Source of the DNA: Hallerella sp.
Lineage (GTDB): Bacteria > Bacillota_I > Bacilli_A > RFN20 > CAG-826
Assembly: GCA_963648925.1 (NCBI GenBank)
Contig: CAVJFO010000015.1
Coordinates: 39,383-103,382 of the forward strand
DNA: 64,000 bases
Direction: 5' to 3'
Shown here one piece after another: positions 50,908 to 60,804 of the stretch. Below the pieces are notes generated by a model. It ran no database searches and was not told the DNA's origin. It was given only the letters and a program-made list of their open reading frames with translations. Position 1 is the stretch's first letter; each line of letters opens with the position of its first letter. Position numbers and translations under genes: made by a program.

Positions 50908-52344
50908 TTAATTCAATTCAATAGAATATAAATCTAACTTTGAGGAGCCCTTGAAATGTAAATAGAGGGCTTCTTTTTTTGTTTGAGGATCAATTGCTAT
51001 TGTAACCTTGTTTTCTTTGGAAGATACGGCATGCGTGTATGCGTTTTTGCCATTCTCAGAGAAAGAAATAGACACCTCACCATTAAATTTTCCTTCATAA
51101 GATAAGGTTATTTCATGGGTGTTAGATAAATCAAAATATTTGTAGCCAATAACGCATCCATCACCAATGTTTTGAATATATTGTTTACCTGGAACTTTGT
51201 CTGTCCCGTCTTGATGTATTCTAAGTTTTTTCTTTTGATGAGGAAGAGCGAAGAATGGATAGAAAACATTAGGCTTTTTATCGTGGTAATAACAACAAAT
51301 CGATGCAGGGTATTCTCCTTTGCCTTCTAACAGTTTCATATTTAGCCCACAAGATGTGATTTCTACTTGTGATATTTTACCGTTTTCGTCTATCGATATT
51401 GGCTCTGCGCAATCTTGCCTATCAGTATTTGTGTAATTTGTGTGACGATGATAGAAAACATACCATTGACCATTAACTTGAATTATCGACCCATGGTTAT
51501 TGCCTGTTGGTGTTACTGCGTTTTCCTTTTTTCTACCATTAAGCCCAACGTCACCATTAGAAATGATGACTCCTTGGTATTTAAACGGCCCTAAAGGTGA
51601 AGAAGAAGTCATGTAGCATAACTCATGGCCTGCTAAAGAAGAATAAATAAAGTAATATGTTCCACCTATTTTTCGTAAGGAAGACGCTTCAAAGAAAGCA
51701 TGTTCTTTTTCTTTTACGCCGTTAATGCTTTTTTCATTTGCCATCGTAAAGAGTTTGATTGGACCATCTTTTATGGTCGTCATATCAGGCTCAAGTTCCA
51801 TTCCAAATCCACCTTGAGGTTTTAGGTGATGTTTTATCATTGGAAACCAAGTTATAGCGCCAAAACCTGAATAAAGGTAAACTCTTCCGTCATCATCGGT
51901 AAATGCACCAGGATCGAAATGGAAAGCATCTCCTTTTCTTCTCCCTAAGTCTTCTCCATTCTTATAATGAACATTTCCGATGTGTTTAAATGGTCCAGCA
52001 GGAGAAGATGATTTTGCTACTCCAATTGTTCCCTGCCACGCTAGAGAATAATATAGATAATAATTGCCATCAGGACCTTGAGTAACATCTGGCGCGTACA
52101 AATCTAGTTTTCCATTTCGATTAAGAGGGTCTTCTTTCTTGTCGAATATCTCTCCTTCATATCTCCAATCGCTTAAATCATCTAGCGGAGCAGACCAAGT
52201 CACATAGTTGTTGTGCGAAAAAGGAAATTCGCCATAACAGTCATGTGAACCATAAACATAAAGTCTTCCATCAAATATATGTGGCTCACAGTCTGGAGTG
52301 TATTCGTTTAGCGGTAAATATGGATTGAATACTTGTTTTTTCAT
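50908..52344 (-). CDS. glycoside hydrolase family 43 protein (beta-xylosidase/arabinofuranosidase-like) with C-terminal beta-sandwich
   Basis: The N-terminal NPYLPLNEYTPDCEPHIF..RLYVYGSHD pattern and five-bladed-propeller-type repeats match GH43. Confidence 0.7.
   Translation of the reverse strand: MKKQVFNPYLPLNEYTPDCEPHIFDGRLYVYGSHDCYGEFPFSHNNYVTWSAPLDDLSDWRYEGEIFDKKEDPLNRNGKLDLYAPDVTQGPDGNYYLYYSLAWQGTIGVAKSSSPAGPFKHIGNVHYKNGEDLGRRKGDAFHFDPGAFTDDDGRVYLYSGFGAITWFPMIKHHLKPQGGFGMELEPDMTTIKDGPIKLFTMANEKSINGVKEKEHAFFEASSLRKIGGTYYFIYSSLAGHELCYMTSSSPLGPFKYQGVIISNGDVGLNGRKKENAVTPTGNNHGSIIQVNGQWYVFYHRHTNYTNTDRQDCAEPISIDENGKISQVEITSCGLNMKLLEGKGEYPASICCYYHDKKPNVFYPFFALPHQKKKLRIHQDGTDKVPGKQYIQNIGDGCVIGYKYFDLSNTHEITLSYEGKFNGEVSISFSENGKNAYTHAVSSKENKVTIAIDPQTKKEALYLHFKGSSKLDLYSIELN
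51021..51039 (+). repeat. copy 6 of the 19-nt motif (antisense to the GH43 gene)
   Basis: Reads AAGATACGGCATGCGTGTA, matching copy 5 at 16 of 19 positions. Confidence 0.5.
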
Positions 52345-52560
52345 TCTTTAAGGACCTCAAAAAATATCTAAAAAAATTATAATCAAAATTCTTGATTTTT
52401 AGAACGGAAAATGCTTCTTATTTTTGAAGTAGTCAATTTTTTCTTTACACTCTCTTTAAAAGGGTGCAAATAATCTTATAAAATTGATACCTAATAGAAA
52501 AAACAAGATTAGTTAAATTAAAAAATGCCGATAAAATCTAATGTTTTTATTCTTTTTTAT

Positions 52561-52576
52561 ACACTGTATATTGTTA
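52561..52576. promoter_or_regulatory. single NrdR-box-like site upstream of nrdD
   Basis: ACACTGTATATTGTTA matches about 13 of 16 positions of the acaCwAtATaTwGtgt consensus as I remember it. I found no convincing second box at the usual spacing. Confidence 0.3.
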
Positions 52577-52676
52577 AGCAAATTTTTATTTTAATTGACA
52601 TTATGCACGCATAAAATAGAACTCGCTAAAGGGGATGAAGCACCTATATCTCCTTGTAAATTGTGAGGCTTAATTT

Positions 52677-54968
52677 ATGAAAACTTTTTATGACGAAACT
52701 CTCGATGGAAACATGGAGACTGAAGAAACGAAAATCTGCGTTATGAAACGCTCTGGTGAGCGCGTTCCTTTCGATCGTCAAAAAATCGTTAACGCTATCA
52801 ATGGTGCAAATGATGAAGAAGGAATTCCTTCCGAACGCTTAACCCCTGAAGAAATTGCCAACATCGCTTTAGGCATTCAAAAAGACGCATCTAACGCCGG
52901 ACGTGATTTATCAGTCGAAGAAATTCAAGATAAAGTTGAGGACGCTCTTATGGGTTCAGGCAAGTTTAAAGTTGCTAGACTCTATATTACATATCGTTAT
53001 AAACATGCCGAAAATCGTAAAATGAGCGATATCGATCAAAAGATTGCAGGTGTTGTTGAAAGAGATAACGAAGAAGTTAAGCAAGAGAATTCCAATAAGA
53101 ATCCAACAATTCTTTCAGTTCAAAGAGACTATATGGCTGGCGAATGGAGCCGTTACTATACAAATAAATATCTTTTACCAGATGACATCGTTGAAGCGCA
53201 TAAGGAAGGAATCATCCATTTTCATGACTCCGATTACTTTGCCCAACACATGCATAACTGTTGCTTAGTTAACTTAAAAGACATGCTTGAAAACGGCACT
53301 TGCATCTCTGGAACTCACATTGATAAGCCACATTCATTTGCCACCGCTTGTACGGTCGCTTCTCAAATTGTTGCTCAAGTAGCTTCAAGCCAATATGGTG
53401 GACAAACAATTACCATGTCGCACCTTGCACCATTCGTTAATCTTTCAAGACAAAGAATTGCAAGACGCCTTAAAGCAGAATTCGAATCTTGTGGCATTGA
53501 AACGACTGAAGAGAAATTCAAAGAACTCGTTGAACAAGAAGTCATAAAAGAAGTCGAAGGAGGCTGTCAAACCATTCAATACCAATTGATCACCCTTCAA
53601 TCAACCAATGGACAAGCTCCTTTCGTCACCGTTTTCCTTTATTTGCATGAACTTCCTGAAGGTCAAACAAGAGATGACTTAGCCTTAATTACCGAAGTCA
53701 TGTTAAAACAACGTATGCTTGGCGTTAAGGATCGCACTGGCGCTTATATTACTCCTGCTTTCCCAAAACTAATTTACGTTTTGCAAGATGACAATATTGA
53801 AGAAGGCGGAAAATACTATTACCTTTCAAAATTAGCTGCTGAATGTACGGCTAAACGCATGGTTCCTGATTATATTTCAGAAAAAATCATGATGGAACTC
53901 AAAGGAGATACATATCCATGCATGGGATGTCGTTCTTTCTTGACTGCAGATCGTTTTACTGAAGCGGGCTTAGGCAACATTAGCGGAGCGCTTGATTATA
54001 AACCTGGAGAACATCGTTATTATGGACGTTTCAACCAAGGTGTTGTAACTATTAACCTTGTCGATGCTGCTTGTTCTTCTGGAAAAGATGAGGCTAAATT
54101 CTGGCAAATCATGAACCAAAGACTTGAACTTTGCCATCGCGCATTGCAAATTCGCCATAACCGTTTACTTGGAACTCCAAGCGATGTTGCTCCAATTTTG
54201 TGGCAAGATGGTGCTTTAGCACGTTTGAAACCGGGTGAAACCATCGATAAGCTTCTTTACGATGGATATTCAACTATTTCTTTAGGATATGCTGGTTTGG
54301 CTGAAGCGATTTACTATATGAAGGGAACCTCCCACACCTCACCTGAGGGTGAACAGCTTGGCTTGAGGATCATGCAACTCCTTAACGATAAGTGCAACGA
54401 GTGGAAGAAGGTTGAAAATATCGACTACTCAGTCTATGGCACTCCACTTGAATCAACCACTTATAAATTTGCAAAATGTCTCCAAAAACGTTTCGGGGTC
54501 ATTGAAGGAGTAACCGATCATAATTACATCACGAACAGTTATCACGTTAACGTTCGTGAAAATATCAATGCTTTTGATAAATTAAGCAAAGAAGCTAAAT
54601 TCCAACGTCTTTCCCCTGGCGGAGCCGTATCGTATGTCGAAGTTCCAAATATGCAAGATAACATTCCAGCTGTTCTTGCTATCATGAAACATATGTATAG
54701 CACCATCCTTTATGCGGAAATGAATACAAAGAGCGACTTCTGTGATTGCTGTGGATTTGATGGTGAAATAAAAATTGTTCGCGATGGAACTGGCAAACTT
54801 GTCTGGGAATGTCCAAATTGCGGAAATCGTGATCAAGCTAAGATGCATGTTGCAAGAAGAACATGCGGATATATTGGCACTCAATATTGGAACCAAGGTA
54901 GAACTCAAGAAATCCAAGATCGTGTTCTTCATCTATCTTGTCCGACTTGTGATGCCGACAAACATTAA
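52677..54968 (+). CDS. nrdD: anaerobic ribonucleoside-triphosphate reductase (class III)
   Basis: N-terminal ATP-cone, C-terminal Zn ribbon CDCCG...CPNCG and glycyl-radical motif RRTCGYIG. Confidence 0.95.
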   Translation: MKTFYDETLDGNMETEETKICVMKRSGERVPFDRQKIVNAINGANDEEGIPSERLTPEEIANIALGIQKDASNAGRDLSVEEIQDKVEDALMGSGKFKVARLYITYRYKHAENRKMSDIDQKIAGVVERDNEEVKQENSNKNPTILSVQRDYMAGEWSRYYTNKYLLPDDIVEAHKEGIIHFHDSDYFAQHMHNCCLVNLKDMLENGTCISGTHIDKPHSFATACTVASQIVAQVASSQYGGQTITMSHLAPFVNLSRQRIARRLKAEFESCGIETTEEKFKELVEQEVIKEVEGGCQTIQYQLITLQSTNGQAPFVTVFLYLHELPEGQTRDDLALITEVMLKQRMLGVKDRTGAYITPAFPKLIYVLQDDNIEEGGKYYYLSKLAAECTAKRMVPDYISEKIMMELKGDTYPCMGCRSFLTADRFTEAGLGNISGALDYKPGEHRYYGRFNQGVVTINLVDAACSSGKDEAKFWQIMNQRLELCHRALQIRHNRLLGTPSDVAPILWQDGALARLKPGETIDKLLYDGYSTISLGYAGLAEAIYYMKGTSHTSPEGEQLGLRIMQLLNDKCNEWKKVENIDYSVYGTPLESTTYKFAKCLQKRFGVIEGVTDHNYITNSYHVNVRENINAFDKLSKEAKFQRLSPGGAVSYVEVPNMQDNIPAVLAIMKHMYSTILYAEMNTKSDFCDCCGFDGEIKIVRDGTGKLVWECPNCGNRDQAKMHVARRTCGYIGTQYWNQGRTQEIQDRVLHLSCPTCDADKH

Positions 54969-54973
54969 TTTAT

Positions 54974-55000
54974 AATCCCTCAAACGAGGGATTTTCTTTC
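54974..55000 (+). terminator. hairpin between nrdD and nrdG (partial terminator or processing site)
   Basis: AATCCCTC pairs with GAGGGATT, followed by TTCTTTC. Confidence 0.45.
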
Positions 55001-55013
55001 AAGGAGACTACTT

Positions 55014-55541
55014 ATGCATTATGGTCAAATAATGTTGGCTGATTCAGCAAATGGTGAAGGCATACGCTTGTCGTTGTTTGTTTCTGGATGCACAAACTGC
55101 TGCAAGGGTTGCTTTCAACCTCAAACATGGGATTTTCTTTTTGGCGAGGAGTTCAATCAAAAGACTGAAGACTTCATTCTAAAAGAGTTAGAAAAAGATT
55201 ATTATGCAGGTTTAACGTTGCTTGGCGGTGAGCCTTTCGAAATTGAAAACCAGCGGGGAATTATATGGTTAATTCGAAAATTTAAAGAAAAATTCCCGCG
55301 CAAAACTATTTGGTGTTACACGGGATTTACTTACGATGAAGACCTTGTAGACGGCGGAAAACGTCATTGTGAAGTAACGGATGAGTTGCTTGATTCAATC
55401 GACATTCTCGTTGATGGCAAATTCATTCTTGAAAAAAAGAATATCTCTCTCAAATTTAAAGGCTCGGAGAATCAAAGAATAATTGACCTCAAGAAAACAA
55501 GAGAAACGGGAATTATTACCCTTTCCCCCTTAAATAACTAA
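55014..55541 (+). CDS. nrdG: anaerobic ribonucleotide reductase activating protein (radical SAM)
   Basis: Cys cluster SGCTNCCKGC, ~175 aa, immediately downstream of nrdD. Confidence 0.9.
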   Translation: MHYGQIMLADSANGEGIRLSLFVSGCTNCCKGCFQPQTWDFLFGEEFNQKTEDFILKELEKDYYAGLTLLGGEPFEIENQRGIIWLIRKFKEKFPRKTIWCYTGFTYDEDLVDGGKRHCEVTDELLDSIDILVDGKFILEKKNISLKFKGSENQRIIDLKKTRETGIITLSPLNN

Positions 55542-55586
55542 GCATTTTCGTTTATTTTTACGGATAATCATTTAATATATCAACAT

Positions 55587-56057
55587 ATGGAAAAGAAATT
55601 AGAATTATTTGAATTACGTCGCCATGGCGAAAACGATGTAGAATTTTACGCTCTTGAAGAGCTTTTCGCCGCCCTCCTCGAAGCAGGCTATTCTCTTGAA
55701 AGACATTTTTATGAAGATGGAGATTTTGCTGACGAAGAAAGCAATGCCATCATTGAAAAAGAAGGATTGGGAATCTTGCCTATTGCAAAAATGGATGGAA
55801 AAGTAACAATTAAAGGAAGATACCCAACAATTGAGGAAATAGCAGATTTCTATGACATAACCATCACATATGATGATGAATGCCACGATGATTGCTGCTG
55901 TGGACATCATCACGATGAAGAGGAAGAGTGCTGTTGTGGCGGGCACCATCATCACGATGGCGAATGTTGCTGCGGAGAAGAAGAACACGAATGCCATTGC
56001 CATGAGGAAGAAGAAGTGGAATCTGAGCATTGCTGTTGCTGCCATAATGAAAAATAA
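55587..56057 (+). CDS. ArsD-fold (thioredoxin-like) protein with Cys/His/Glu-rich C-terminal tail
   Basis: Residues 1-95 align by eye with ArsD (LPIAKMDGKVTIKGRYPTIEEI versus ArsD LPLLLLDGETVMAGRYPKRAEL) but lack the ArsD Cys12/13/18. The tail has CCCG-HHH(H), CCCG and CCCC repeats in an acidic matrix. Confidence 0.6.
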   Translation: MEKKLELFELRRHGENDVEFYALEELFAALLEAGYSLERHFYEDGDFADEESNAIIEKEGLGILPIAKMDGKVTIKGRYPTIEEIADFYDITITYDDECHDDCCCGHHHDEEEECCCGGHHHHDGECCCGEEEHECHCHEEEEVESEHCCCCHNEK

Positions 56058-56069
56058 GGGATGCGTGTA
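56051..56069 (+). repeat. copy 4 of the 19-nt motif
   Basis: Reads AAAATAAGGGATGCGTGTA. It straddles the stop of the ArsD-like gene (56055-56057), and its last A is the A of the pepS ATG (56069). Confidence 0.7.
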
Positions 56070-57301
56070 TGGATAAAACGTTAATTCATAAATATGCAGA
56101 GCTTATAATTCGCTCTGGCGTAGCCTTAAAAAAAGACGAAAAACTCATTATTAGCGCAAACGTTGATCAAGAGGATTTTGTCTCCATTCTTGTAGAAGAA
56201 GCGTATAAAGCAGGAGCAAAAAACGTCTATATAAATTGGAATTCCCAAAAAGCCTCTAAAGCAGCTTTGCTTTATGGAGATGAAACTAATCTTTCTACTC
56301 TTTCCCCAATGGAGTTAGCTTATTGGAAATTTCGCGGAGAAGAATTACCTGCATACATTTTTGTTGATTCCGATGATCCAGATGGATTAAAAGGAGTTAA
56401 CGCCGATAAAGCGGCAAGAATCCGCCAGGCAAAATATAAAATCTACGGCAAATACAAAGAGATGGAAGAAAATAAAGTTGCTTGGTGTATTGCAGGCGCT
56501 CCTGCAAAAGAATGGGCAATGAAGATTTTTCCAGAAGATAAATGCGAAGATGCCATCGAAAAACTTTGGGAGAAGATTCTTTATACTTCCCGCGCATTAG
56601 ATGGTAATGGAATTGCCAACTGGGAAAAACATGACATTAATCTTAAGAAACGTTCTGATTACCTCAATTCCTTAAGACTTAAAGAATTGCATTATTCTTC
56701 TAGCAACGGAACTGATTTTACTGTCGGACTTATTCCTGGTGTAATTTTCCTTGGCGGAGGGGAATTAACATTAGACGGACGCTTCTTCCAACCAAACATT
56801 CCTTCGGAAGAGGTTTTCACATCGCCTAAAAAAGGAGTGGCGGAAGGAATCGTTTACGCATCGAAACCTCTTGTTTATAACGGAGTTCTCATCAATAACT
56901 TCTGGGTTAAATTCCATGAAGGAAAAGCAATAGACGTTCACGCAGAGACCGGTGAAGAAACATTGCGTTCAATTCTTGCATTAGACGAAGGATCCGCATA
57001 TTTAGGCGAATGTGCCCTCGTTCCTTTTGATTCTCCTATCAATAATACTGGGCTTTTATTTTACAACACCCTATATGATGAGAATGCCGCTTGCCATCTT
57101 GCCTTAGGAAGAGGCTTTACCGAGTTGTATCCTAATTTCCAAGATTATAGCGAGCAACAATTACGTGATTTTGGTATCAATTATTCTCTTAGCCACGTCG
57201 ACTTTATGATTGGATCAAAAGATTTAGATATTGTCGGAACTAAAGAAAACGGCGATAAGGTTCAAATTTTCCATAATGGAAATTGGGCTTTTGAAATATA
57301 A
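56069..57301 (+). CDS. M29 family aminopeptidase (PepS/AmpS-like)
   Basis: 410 aa with the N-terminal YAELIIRSGVALKKDEKL pattern. Collinear with thermophilic metalloprotease M29 members. Confidence 0.85.
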   Translation: MDKTLIHKYAELIIRSGVALKKDEKLIISANVDQEDFVSILVEEAYKAGAKNVYINWNSQKASKAALLYGDETNLSTLSPMELAYWKFRGEELPAYIFVDSDDPDGLKGVNADKAARIRQAKYKIYGKYKEMEENKVAWCIAGAPAKEWAMKIFPEDKCEDAIEKLWEKILYTSRALDGNGIANWEKHDINLKKRSDYLNSLRLKELHYSSSNGTDFTVGLIPGVIFLGGGELTLDGRFFQPNIPSEEVFTSPKKGVAEGIVYASKPLVYNGVLINNFWVKFHEGKAIDVHAETGEETLRSILALDEGSAYLGECALVPFDSPINNTGLLFYNTLYDENAACHLALGRGFTELYPNFQDYSEQQLRDFGINYSLSHVDFMIGSKDLDIVGTKENGDKVQIFHNGNWAFEI

Positions 57302-57324
57302 CTTAAGAATTTCAATAACTGAAC

Positions 57325-57348
57325 AAGCCTCTCGTTGAGGCTTTTTTC
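57325..57348 (+). terminator. intrinsic terminator
   Basis: AGCCTC pairs with GAGGCT, followed by TTTTTT. Confidence 0.7.
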
Positions 57349-57718
57349 ATATTCTGTTTATCAGTATTTTCTTATCGCTTAACAAGAGGAATTATAAGAT
57401 TTATAATTAAAAACTAAACAAAACAAGAAAATTGAAAAATATTAGATTTTATCGAATGTTTTTAACATATAATAATCGTTCTAAGCAAATCATTTGTAAA
57501 GGAATTTTTACAAGAAAACGTTTTCATTATTTTCTTCTAACCATATCCATTTTTTTGATTGCATAATCTTTATTGATGAAATTCACTGTTCATTCGAAAG
57601 TACAAACAACAAGCGGATTAATCTGTAGAAGATAGACTGTAAGGGTTTGGCCTTTTTTGTTTTTATGGCGAACGTTCATCAAGGATTTTGATGGGTTATA
57701 TACCCGAAAGGACACAAT

Positions 57719-58972
57719 ATGAAGAAAACTTCCAAATTCCTCTTCTTAGCCGGCTTACTTGCCGCAACCGCATCACTTGCCTCTTGTAATGGTGGCGAGG
57801 ATTCAAAAGTATTATCAATCCTCCTCGTTCCATCCAATGACTCCACAACATTATTAGAAAGAGCCAAAGCCTTAACTCCAACTTTAAACGAAATCGTTAA
57901 AGACACCGGTTATACTTTCAATATCACTGTTGGATCAAGCTACGATTCAGTTATGCAAGCTCTTGTTGCTGGAACAGCTGATGCTGGATTCCTTCCTGGC
58001 GGAAACTATGCTCAAGTTTCTATCGCCAACCCAGGCAAAGTCGATTTAATCGCCTCCGCAGTTCGTGCTGGTTACAAAGTCCAAGCCGATGATTTCAAAG
58101 GCAATGGCGGAAACGATATGTTTAGCGATACAAACAAAGAACTTCAAAGAAAAGCAATGAACGGCGAAATCACAGTTTCTGGCAAAGCCGCCTCTGAAGC
58201 AACTGATTCTGATCCTGTTTATAAATATTATGGCGAACAATCCGAAACCAGCGTTAACTTCTATTCTGGTGTCATGTTCAGCCGTCGTGATTCCTATAGC
58301 AAAGAAAAAGGCTTCAAAGAATTTGGTATTGAAGATGGAATGACAACCGCCCAAGTCATCAAACAATTACATGATAATGAAGCAGTCTTTGGCATCATGG
58401 GCAATGGTTCTTCCTCTGGCTTAATCTATCCTTCTAAGATGGTTTATGATTTAGGCTATACAAATATGTTCGTTTCCAAATCAACATATGAAAATATGTC
58501 TGCTGATGAAAAAGCAAAGTCCTTAATTGGTATCAACCAAGGATCCTATCCTAACGGCTTATCTTACCTTATGAGCACTGGCGTTATCGATGTTTCCGTT
58601 GGATTCATGGATACACGTTACGGTTCAGGATATGTCCAAACTGGCGGACCTTTCTATAACAACAAAGACATTTTTGACAACACATATACCGTCGGTATCA
58701 CCGATCCTATCATGAATGATACGATCTCTTGCAAACACGCCCTTTCCCAAGAAGCTCGTGACGCCATCTTCAACGCTTTCAGCGGTGCAGCCGCTAAAGG
58801 TGATAAGAGCAAAGAAGGAGATCCAGCTTACTACTTATATCAAATCTATTCACACACTGGATACGCAAAAGCAGAAGACAGCAACTACGACAAAGCTCGT
58901 GAAATGTACACTTGGACAAAAGCACACGCTGTTGACAATCCAACTGACGTCATTTCTTCTAGCTCCAAATAA
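57719..58972 (+). CDS. PhnD-family (p37-like) ABC substrate-binding lipoprotein
   Basis: Lipobox LASC and the PhnD-type core (SYDSVMQALVAGTADAGFLPG). At 417 aa it is larger than classical PhnD, resembling Mollicutes p37-type proteins. Confidence 0.7.
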   Translation: MKKTSKFLFLAGLLAATASLASCNGGEDSKVLSILLVPSNDSTTLLERAKALTPTLNEIVKDTGYTFNITVGSSYDSVMQALVAGTADAGFLPGGNYAQVSIANPGKVDLIASAVRAGYKVQADDFKGNGGNDMFSDTNKELQRKAMNGEITVSGKAASEATDSDPVYKYYGEQSETSVNFYSGVMFSRRDSYSKEKGFKEFGIEDGMTTAQVIKQLHDNEAVFGIMGNGSSSGLIYPSKMVYDLGYTNMFVSKSTYENMSADEKAKSLIGINQGSYPNGLSYLMSTGVIDVSVGFMDTRYGSGYVQTGGPFYNNKDIFDNTYTVGITDPIMNDTISCKHALSQEARDAIFNAFSGAAAKGDKSKEGDPAYYLYQIYSHTGYAKAEDSNYDKAREMYTWTKAHAVDNPTDVISSSSK

Positions 58973-59020
58973 ACTAATTAAATTCTTTTAAAACAATCTT
59001 GCATCAGGAGACCAATAATT

Positions 59021-59824
59021 ATGATCGAATTAAAAAACGTTTCTAAAGTATACGAAGACAATGGCTTCAAAGCTTTAGATGATATCAACTTAACCATCAA
59101 CAATGGGGAATTCGTATCCATTATTGGTCTTTCTGGCGCAGGAAAATCTACGCTTATCCGTTGCATTAACCGCATGCACGATATTACAACCGGTGAAATC
59201 CTTATTGATGGAAAGGACATTAGCAAATTAAAAGGCAAACAATTAAGAATTGAACGTCGCCGTATCGGAATGATTTTCCAATCTTTTAACCTCGTTAAAC
59301 GTGCAAGCGTAATCAAAAACGTTCTTTCTGGACGTGTCGGATATCACAATTATTTCGAAACATTGTTCGGAATTTATAGCAAAGAAGAAAAGAACTTAGC
59401 TTATCGTTCGATGGCTAAATTAGGAATTCTTGATAAAGCATATGTTCGTGCCGATCAACTTTCTGGTGGTCAACAACAACGTGTAGCTTTAGCAAGAGCT
59501 CTTACTCAGGAGCCAGAACTCATTCTTGCCGATGAGCCTGTCGCTTCCCTCGACCCTATCACAACCGTTTCTGTCATGGATGATTTTTCTCGCATCAATG
59601 AATTAGGGATTACCATTATTGCCAACATGCACCACGTTGATCTCGCAAAGAAATATTCGACAAGAATAATTGGCGTTCGCGCAGGAAAAATTGTTTTCGA
59701 TGGCAAACCAGAAGAAGTAACTGATGAAGTAACGATGAAGATATACGGTCGTTCTTTAAATAGTTCCGAAAAACTTGGAGAAGCCCTTGAAGAAGCAAGC
59801 TCCAACACCAAGGAGAACGAATAA
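59021..59824 (+). CDS. PhnC-type ABC transporter ATP-binding protein
   Basis: Walker [10 protein letters not shown], signature LSGGQQQRV and Walker [13 protein letters not shown]. Confidence 0.85.
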   Translation: MIELKNVSKVYEDNGFKALDDINLTINNGEFVSIIGLSGAGKSTLIRCINRMHDITTGEILIDGKDISKLKGKQLRIERRRIGMIFQSFNLVKRASVIKNVLSGRVGYHNYFETLFGIYSKEEKNLAYRSMAKLGILDKAYVRADQLSGGQQQRVALARALTQEPELILADEPVASLDPITTVSVMDDFSRINELGITIIANMHHVDLAKKYSTRIIGVRAGKIVFDGKPEEVTDEVTMKIYGRSLNSSEKLGEALEEASSNTKENE

Positions 59825-60804
59825 TGAGCGAAGAATTAGAAGAAAGGAAGCCATCCTTTAAGGAGAAATGGGCCGCTTTCTGGGATAAAGTCAATTGGGG
59901 AGAAGTTCAAATTGACGTTTCAGAAAACCATGATGGAAGTGATGTTAGAGCCGTAAGAAAGAAAAGACCTACATTGCTTATCGCAATCATAGTTTTAATT
60001 ATCGGACTTACTGTTATTTCCCTTGCTTCAATGGATCTAAAACATACCGCTTTTGGCTGGGAATCTGGCTGGGAATTTATCGGTGGATTATTTAGAGCAC
60101 CATACAATAAATATTTGGATTTCTTCCCTTACAATATTGAGGTTAAAGACTGGTCATCATGGTGTTATTACATGGAAAAAGTTTGGCTTCCGTTCCTTGT
60201 CGACGAAGGCCTTCCATCCCTATGGAACACCGTTGAACTCTGTTTCCTTGCAACATTATTTGGCGGCTTAATTTCCGTTCCTGTTTATTATCTTTGCGCT
60301 AGAAACGTTGTAAAACACGCTTATATCTATGAGCCTTTCCGCGTAATTAACGATATCATTAGAACAATTCCTACAATTACGCTTTGCACCATTTTCGTTC
60401 TTATTTATGGCGCAACTAATTTCACCGGTATTGTCGCAATGACAATATTTACGATTGGTATCATTTACAAAATCATGTATGAATACATTGAAACCTTAGA
60501 TATGGCTCCTTTTGAGGCCGTTTATTCAGCAGGAGGCATGCGTTTCCAAGCGGTTACTGTCGGTCTTCGCCCATCAATAAAACCAATGTTTTTCGCAAAT
60601 ATGCTTTATGTTTTTGAAATGAATATCCGTGGATCATTAATCCTTGGCTATGCTGGCATTATTGATTCTCTAGGCTACAAAATTTCAGATTGGTCCCACG
60701 ATACGTTGGATTTTTGGAAAATCGGTGTTGTTTTGGTCCCATTATTTGTCCTCGTATTCATTCTTCAACTTGTATCTAATTACATCGGGAGGAAAATGAG
60801 ATGA
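59824..60804 (+). CDS. PhnE-type ABC permease 1
   Basis: Polytopic BPD-type permease whose start overlaps the phnC-like stop. Confidence 0.8.
   Translation: MSEELEERKPSFKEKWAAFWDKVNWGEVQIDVSENHDGSDVRAVRKKRPTLLIAIIVLIIGLTVISLASMDLKHTAFGWESGWEFIGGLFRAPYNKYLDFFPYNIEVKDWSSWCYYMEKVWLPFLVDEGLPSLWNTVELCFLATLFGGLISVPVYYLCARNVVKHAYIYEPFRVINDIIRTIPTITLCTIFVLIYGATNFTGIVAMTIFTIGIIYKIMYEYIETLDMAPFEAVYSAGGMRFQAVTVGLRPSIKPMFFANMLYVFEMNIRGSLILGYAGIIDSLGYKISDWSHDTLDFWKIGVVLVPLFVLVFILQLVSNYIGRKMR

Noticed and set aside
52640-52657. Second NrdR box (GCACCTATATCTCCTTGT)
   Set aside because: It is out of register with the consensus and 79 bp from the first box rather than about 31-32 bp.
55614-56045. 143-aa antisense ORF, and the 68-aa + strand ORF at 55870-56076, overlapping the ArsD-like gene
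   Set aside because: These are shadow ORFs created by the GAA/TGC/CAT-rich repeats of the Cys/His/Glu tail. They have no RBS and a nonsensical low-complexity translation.
57350-57718. TPP riboswitch or PhoP/Pho box upstream of the p37-like operon
   Set aside because: There is no CUGAGA/ACCUGAUCUGG thi-box. The only TTAACA-like hexamers (TTAACAtataaTAATCG, TTTACAagaaaACGTTT) are isolated and poorly repeated.
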